From the human T2T-CHM13v2.0 reference genome, Homo sapiens: 64,000 nt of DNA. Of this stretch, positions 57,481 through 64,000 are shown in pieces. Under the pieces are notes generated by a model. That model was not told where the DNA came from. It searched no databases and saw only the letters and a list, made by a program, of their open reading frames with translations. The translations under genes were made by a program, and so were the position numbers. The stretch lies in the NCBI RefSeq assembly GCF_009914755.1, contig NC_060944.1, one strand, 5' to 3'. Each line of letters begins with the position of its first letter. Within the stretch, counting starts at the first letter, position 1.

Positions 57481-58427
57481 GGAATTTTAAACTGGGCTCC
57501 TTTCCCCGCAGTGTGGGAGAATGGATCCTGGCTGATTATAAGTACTCATGAAATACTGGATAAATTATTATTTATCATTTACTTATAAATATTTAAAATT
57601 TTTATTATGGGAAATAAGTTTTTAATCATTACCAAAGTTTGTTGAAGCACTAATTTATTATTGTGAAAAGTGGGGAGGGGAATAAAAATCAAGCTTTTGT
57701 CTACTCATCTTGCTTTTCCTGTCCAAACTGTGTTTTGGTGTAATCAATACACATTTGGGAGGAAATGTTCTTTTAGAAATTATTCCAGCTAATAAATGAA
57801 GAAAAAAAATGAAAGAATGTAGTACCCTGTTATAACACCTAGTAAAATAATGGTTAAAGCAAGTTTTCTAATGAATGCTAAAACTATTAGGTGAAAAGTT
57901 GATGCAAACCTTTACTGTGGAGGAATGTGGCTGACATTAATTTCTTATCTGAATTACATTTTTGAAACTTTATGACTCTTTGAATTTAAAAGGGATTTTG
58001 GTGTCATTATTTTTTCTTTTACACTCTCTTTTTCACATAAAAATCAACTATTAACTGATTGGTTTTATGGTCTTTTGGAAAGAGACTATATAAATTCTGC
58101 TTTTTGTATGAAGATCTCTTTTACGCTGTCAGAGGAAATTTTACCTCTGGTAAGCTCTGATTTCATCTTTCAATTTTATTTTTAATTTCTTTCTTTGTCT
58201 TTTGTTTTATCAGCACCTTGTTTAATTTAAAATAGATTCAATGTCAACCATCAAGGAGTTAACTCAGGAAACTAATTTATCCAGAAATACAAATATTTTT
58301 ACATATATTTTATCCTTTGTTTTAGATCTTTAATATGTAATTTCTAAAAATGAAATATGGACAGTTTGCTTGATTTCTGAGCATAGTCAATGAATAATTT
58401 TACCAAAATACGCAAACATTTTTCGAG

Positions 58428-58727
58428 CTTTTCTTTTCCTTTGAGACTGAATCTTGCTCTATCACCCAGGCTGGAGTGGGGTGGTGTGATCTTGGCACAC
58501 TGCAACCTCTGCCTTCCAAGTTCAAGCAATTCTCCTGTCTCAGCCTCCTGATTAGCTGAGATTACAGTTGCTCACCACCACACCCAGCTAATTTTTTGTT
58601 TTATTTTATTAGAGATGGGGTTTCACCATGTTGGCCAGGCTGGTCTCCAACTCCTGACCTCAAGGGATCTGCCCACCTCGAACTCCCAAAGTGCTGGGAT
58701 TACAGGTGTAAGCCACCACGCCCAGCC
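58428..58727 (-). mobile_element. Alu (S-type)
   Basis: Full reverse-strand dimer. Confidence 0.93.
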
Positions 58728-58988
58728 TGGAGCATTTTGATATAATGAATTACTGGGGAAACCTTTTAATATAATGTTAGACAGCCCATTTAAAAAGAAT
58801 CCAGTATAATTATTATATTCTTTATATGACTACTTTTCACAGTGAAGTAACTTAGCACTCTGTATTTATAATGCTTTGAAAATACATATTAGTTGCTGAT
58901 TTTATATTCCAAACAGAAATTATAGGACACCATATTATATAAACACAAGATTTCAATATTAATTTTCACACTTTAAAACAATAATCTT

Positions 58989-59339
<351 letters not shown>

Positions 59340-60472
59340 TTAACATCTCCATTTACATTTCTATGAAGTTATACAGAAATATTTTATTTCTTTCCCCAGA
59401 ATAATATAGGCAAAATCTCTCCCTCTGACTATACACACCTGGTATTGTTATTTTAATTGTTTAGGGGTTTCTATCTCTTCCTATTCTGAATGATTATTCT
59501 CTTTTTGAGCTTTCTTGCTGTAACCGTTTTAGTCTGTAGACAACTTTCTAGATTCCAGGATCCACACTAATCTTCCTGCCGTTGCAGTTTCTGTCTTCTG
59601 CAAGAGTCTAGCTTTTATGAGAACAAAATAGTCATATCTTCTTTAAAGAAGAGTTTCCAGTGTAAAGACTAAAAGTTTAAGTTAATTGTAAATGAAAGAC
59701 TCCAGTTAGAGGAGAAAATATTTCATTTTAAGATGACTGTTTCAGAACACAATTACGATATTGAAGATGAATCTCACTATAGCCACATTAACTACGTCTA
59801 TTTCAATTTAAGGGGACACAGTAACAAATCTTACCTCTCTGAAAAGAAATCAAATCTGAAACATGGTGGAGAAGTATGAGCCCTGACCAAGAGATTTTCT
59901 TGGAAGACATAGATTGACTTATAGCAAATGTTATCTGAAGTGGTAAAATCTTACACTTTATTTTTATAGAAAACAGACAATAAAAATCTTTCTAAATTAA
60001 TGTATAGGTACTTTTGTAAAAATAACATAAAAATATCTGATTAACTTAGATACATAAGTTCTTTAAGTTCCAAAATAAAGAATGAGAGAAGTTTATAGTT
60101 TGTCTGACTTTTATTCTTTTCAATCCATAATTAATTCCATAGATAGAATAATTTGTAATGTAACTTTAATCATTACATCCTTTGATCAAAAATATACAGA
60201 TATTCTTAATTTTTCTTCTCATATTTACTTAAATTATTTTTCATCGCTTTAATATTTCTTTATTCACTGGTCCCATAATAGTTCACTAAGTTTGGTATTT
60301 CTTGGTTTTGTAAAAAATTTCCCAATTCAGCTCCTGAGCACAATGAGTACTCTTCTCTCCTCTTCCTTCGTATTCTTTTTAGGTCCAATCCCATGGCTTT
60401 CCTTTTGTACTCTCTAGGCCAAGAATGTTCTTTCTTATTCCTACCATTTAACCATCATTCATTTTTCATGGC

Positions 60473-60844
60473 TGTATTAGTCCATTTTCACACTGTCATA
60501 AAAGACTTTCCTGAGACTGGGTAATTTGTAAAGGAAAAACGGTTTAATTTACTCACAGTTCTGCATGCTGGAGAGGCCTCAGGAAACTTACCATGATGGT
60601 GGGAGGAGAAGCAGACATGTCTTCTATGGTGGCAGGCAAGGGAGAAAGTAAGCATGTGAAGGAGGAACTGTCAAACACTTATAAACCCATCAGATCTCTT
60701 GAGGACTTAACTCATTATCATGAGAAGAGCATGGGAGAAGCTGCTCCCATGATCCAATCACCTCCCACCAGGTTCCTTCCTTTACATGTGGGGATTACAA
60801 TTCGAGATGAGATTTGGGTGGGGACACAGAGCCAAACCATATCA
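60473..60844 (-). mobile_element. THE1D/MSTA-like solo LTR
   Basis: 'tgtattagtcc...gagccaaaccatatca'; perfect 5-bp TSD ATGGC at 60468 and 60845. Confidence 0.9.
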
Positions 60845-62303
60845 ATGGCCAATATATATTTTTCTTTTCTCATCTATTCCTGACTATGTCCTTTCTGAAT
60901 TTCTTCCATACTTTCAACCTGCCCCACAAAAGGCAGAGCTTACTCATATTTCTTATCCTGTTATCTAAAAATTAATTTTGCTTGAGTTTGAGAATAATAG
61001 TCAATAGGCAGGGGATGAGCAGGCCATCAACAGCATCCTTTATTTTGGCAGAAATTATTCTGAATCAAACTTACCTTGTCATGGGTATAGTTACATGATC
61101 TCAAAAAGAATTAAAAATCTCTATCACTTGAACCACAGTTTCCCTTAGCATATTTAATATACTTCATTTTTGTCAGCTAACAAATGTTAGCTAATATTTT
61201 TACCATCAAGAAGAATATCCTTTGGCAAAAGAATATCTGTTTCATTAGTACATATTGAGAGAGTTGGACCCTATGGCTTCCCAACTTGCTCAGGAATGGG
61301 GAAGCTAGGGTACCCAGATAGGTAATCTTCTGTTTTGATACTTATAGCCTGACTGTATACAGTGTCAAATCTGGGTCTTGACCTAGCAGGCACACATTAA
61401 CACAACATGAAGGAAGGAAAAAGTCATTTATGAAACTACAATGGCTGCAGTAGTTATTTGGTAGTCCTCTTTTTAAAAATTTCCTTTTAATTGAAATGAA
61501 AGTTTATAAGTGATCATACTGTAAATGATATAACATTTTATAATGTTTTATTACAAAAACGCAAACACTCCAGGAGTGAATTAAATGTAAATTGAAATCT
61601 CCCTCTCTCTACAATCCCACATGCCTCATCATTTCCTCTATTCCTTAGAAATCCACCGACAATAATTTAATTAGAACTGAAATACTCTCACTCATAAAAC
61701 GCATATGTGTACTTTTTAAAAAATGGGATTATGCTAATTATGATTTGTAGTGACCTCATATTTCATTTGAAAATACATTGGATATCTTGTCATCATTTAA
61801 AATGACTGTAAAATGTTAATTTTTACCAGTATTTTCATAAAACATATCTATTGAAAATTTAAGTCATTACCATCTTTGCATTTTTTATAAACTTATATAA
61901 TGAACAGCTTTGCAAATATTAGTTAGCACACTTGTTCAATTATTTAATAGAGATCTAATCTGAGGAGTTGAGAATTTTCAACTCTTTCTCAGGACCATTC
62001 CTTTGGAGTGATTTTGGAAATGGAGGTTATTTTTGGTTGTATCAATGATGGAGACATGACAAGCACTTACAAGTAAAGGGTAGAGATCACATGCAACATG
62101 CATTGGGCCAAACAGTGCATTGAGACAAACAGTCCTGTATAAGGAAGAATTGCTTTGTATAAAGGCCCAATAGTACCTCTTGGAGAAACATGGCAACATG
62201 AAGTATTTCACTGTCTACTTTAAGAAATGTTGCACTATTTGTGCATTTTACAATAAATATCTATTGATCTTATAATCTGTAAAACAATATACTATTGTTT
62301 AAA

Positions 62304-62646
<343 letters not shown>

Positions 62647-62679
62647 TGAAGGATTTAATCTTCTCCCATCCCAACAAGA

Positions 62680-63200
62680 ATGGAATTTTTCAATAAATCC
62701 AAAAAATTGTTTCTTTGAAAAGACAAATAAATTAGATGACAAAAAAGAGAAAGCCTATTAAAATATAACAAGAAAAATGGAAAACTGGATAACTGAAAAT
62801 TTCAAAAGAATGTAATATGTACCTTTTGGTCATTATATTTGAAAATATATATGAAGAGGTTAACTTTTTAGGGAAAATTTAACTATAAAAATAAATCTAG
62901 AGAAATGAGAACATTTGAAGATACAAACAATAGAAAAAAATGAAACTGGTATAAAGTTATAGCACCTTTAAAAGCACAAGGCCCAGCTGTGTCTCAAGTA
63001 GGTCCTCTTAAACTTAATGGAAAAGTTAATTCCTGTGTTGTTCAAACTATTCTTTTGGTTAATGGGAGCAAAGGAAGCATATCTCTCCCTCCATTTATTT
63101 CTTAAAACAACTGAAAACCAAAAGAAAAATCAACGTACAAAGAAAAAAACTCCTCCAATTTTGTTAAAAATAAACACCATTAAAAATTATAAACCAAACT
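62680..63200 (+). mobile_element. Decayed old L1 ORF2 fragment
   Basis: 'aataaatccaaaaaattgtttctttgaaaagacaaataaattagat', 'aaagcacaaggcccag', 'ttcaaactattc'. Confidence 0.55.
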
Positions 63201-64000
63201 ATGAAGACTAGTTGTTAGTGCCATAACAATTTAACCTTTCTTCAAAAAATGGTGAGAGTAGATGCAGACACCTGAGCAAATATGGCATGTTAAACACATA
63301 GAGAGACTTATTTTCCCACCTGAAACTATAACATGATGGCAAATGGCTTATTCAAGTGATATAAAAAGAAAACAGCAACAGTTTTGAAAATAGGAAGTCC
63401 ATAAATGGCTGGTAACTCACTTAGCTTACCAAAAAGTGCAAAATTGTAAGTAGCGGGGAAATCTGATTCTACAAAATGTTCGTAAATTGGTTGCACAGGA
63501 TACCTCTGAAAGTAGAAGTAAAGGTAGGGCTAAAATCCAGGAACACTGGTTGAAAGACTGTTTCCAATGCCCACTCCATCAAGCCTCGTGAATGCCTCTA
63601 GGTTCTGCTGGTGGAAAAGTAGACATTTGCTGTCTAGAGAGGTAGCAGGGAATCTCAGTACTGGCAATATCATCTTCATTGGTCATACATAAATTAGGGG
63701 GGCAAAATGAACAGTAACTACTGAAAGCTAGATCTCCCCAATTTTCACCTCTATCTAGATTCAAAACATAACAGTCTATTAGTCTTATACCCTCAGAGAA
63801 GACTGGAAGACTCTAGTTGGAAGATCATGATCAGCCCAAAGGAATAGACCAGTGGATATGTCATGAGGGGCTTTTCTGGGAAAAGTTCTCAACCTGATTG
63901 CCCTGTCTGGAAGCCACAGTTGACAATTATTACTTAAGAACCTGAAGCTTACTGTAAATGTTTATTGTACTGCTTTTCAACACAAACAGATAACCAACAA

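Overview
Primate (human or great-ape-like) non-coding genomic DNA with no credible intact protein-coding gene. The dominant structure is a ~17.5 kb GC/CpG-rich tandem macrosatellite (~2560-20087) that I recognise as SST1/NBL2/MER22-family (FAM27-like) sequence. It holds about 8-9 head-to-tail units of two size classes: long units of ~2.36-2.53 kb and three short units of ~1.64-1.66 kb. The short units share one ~0.8-0.87 kb deletion joined at a 7-bp AGACAGG microhomology. Every unit carries an NRF1-type GCGCATGCGC site (intact or decayed) exactly 60 bp upstream of a TTTAAA box. The remaining ~44 kb is AT-rich and full of transposons: Alus, a full-length THE1A, MaLR and MER52 LTRs, Tigger1, Tigger3a, L1s of several ages, and MIR/L2 relics. 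Between these are minus-strand exon-like segments with paired canonical splice sites that may be a decayed multi-exon gene, and a short locally templated insertion with a 15-bp target-site duplication (TSD). Repeat subfamily names come from recalled consensus sequences, not from a database search, and the chromosome cannot be assigned from the sequence alone.
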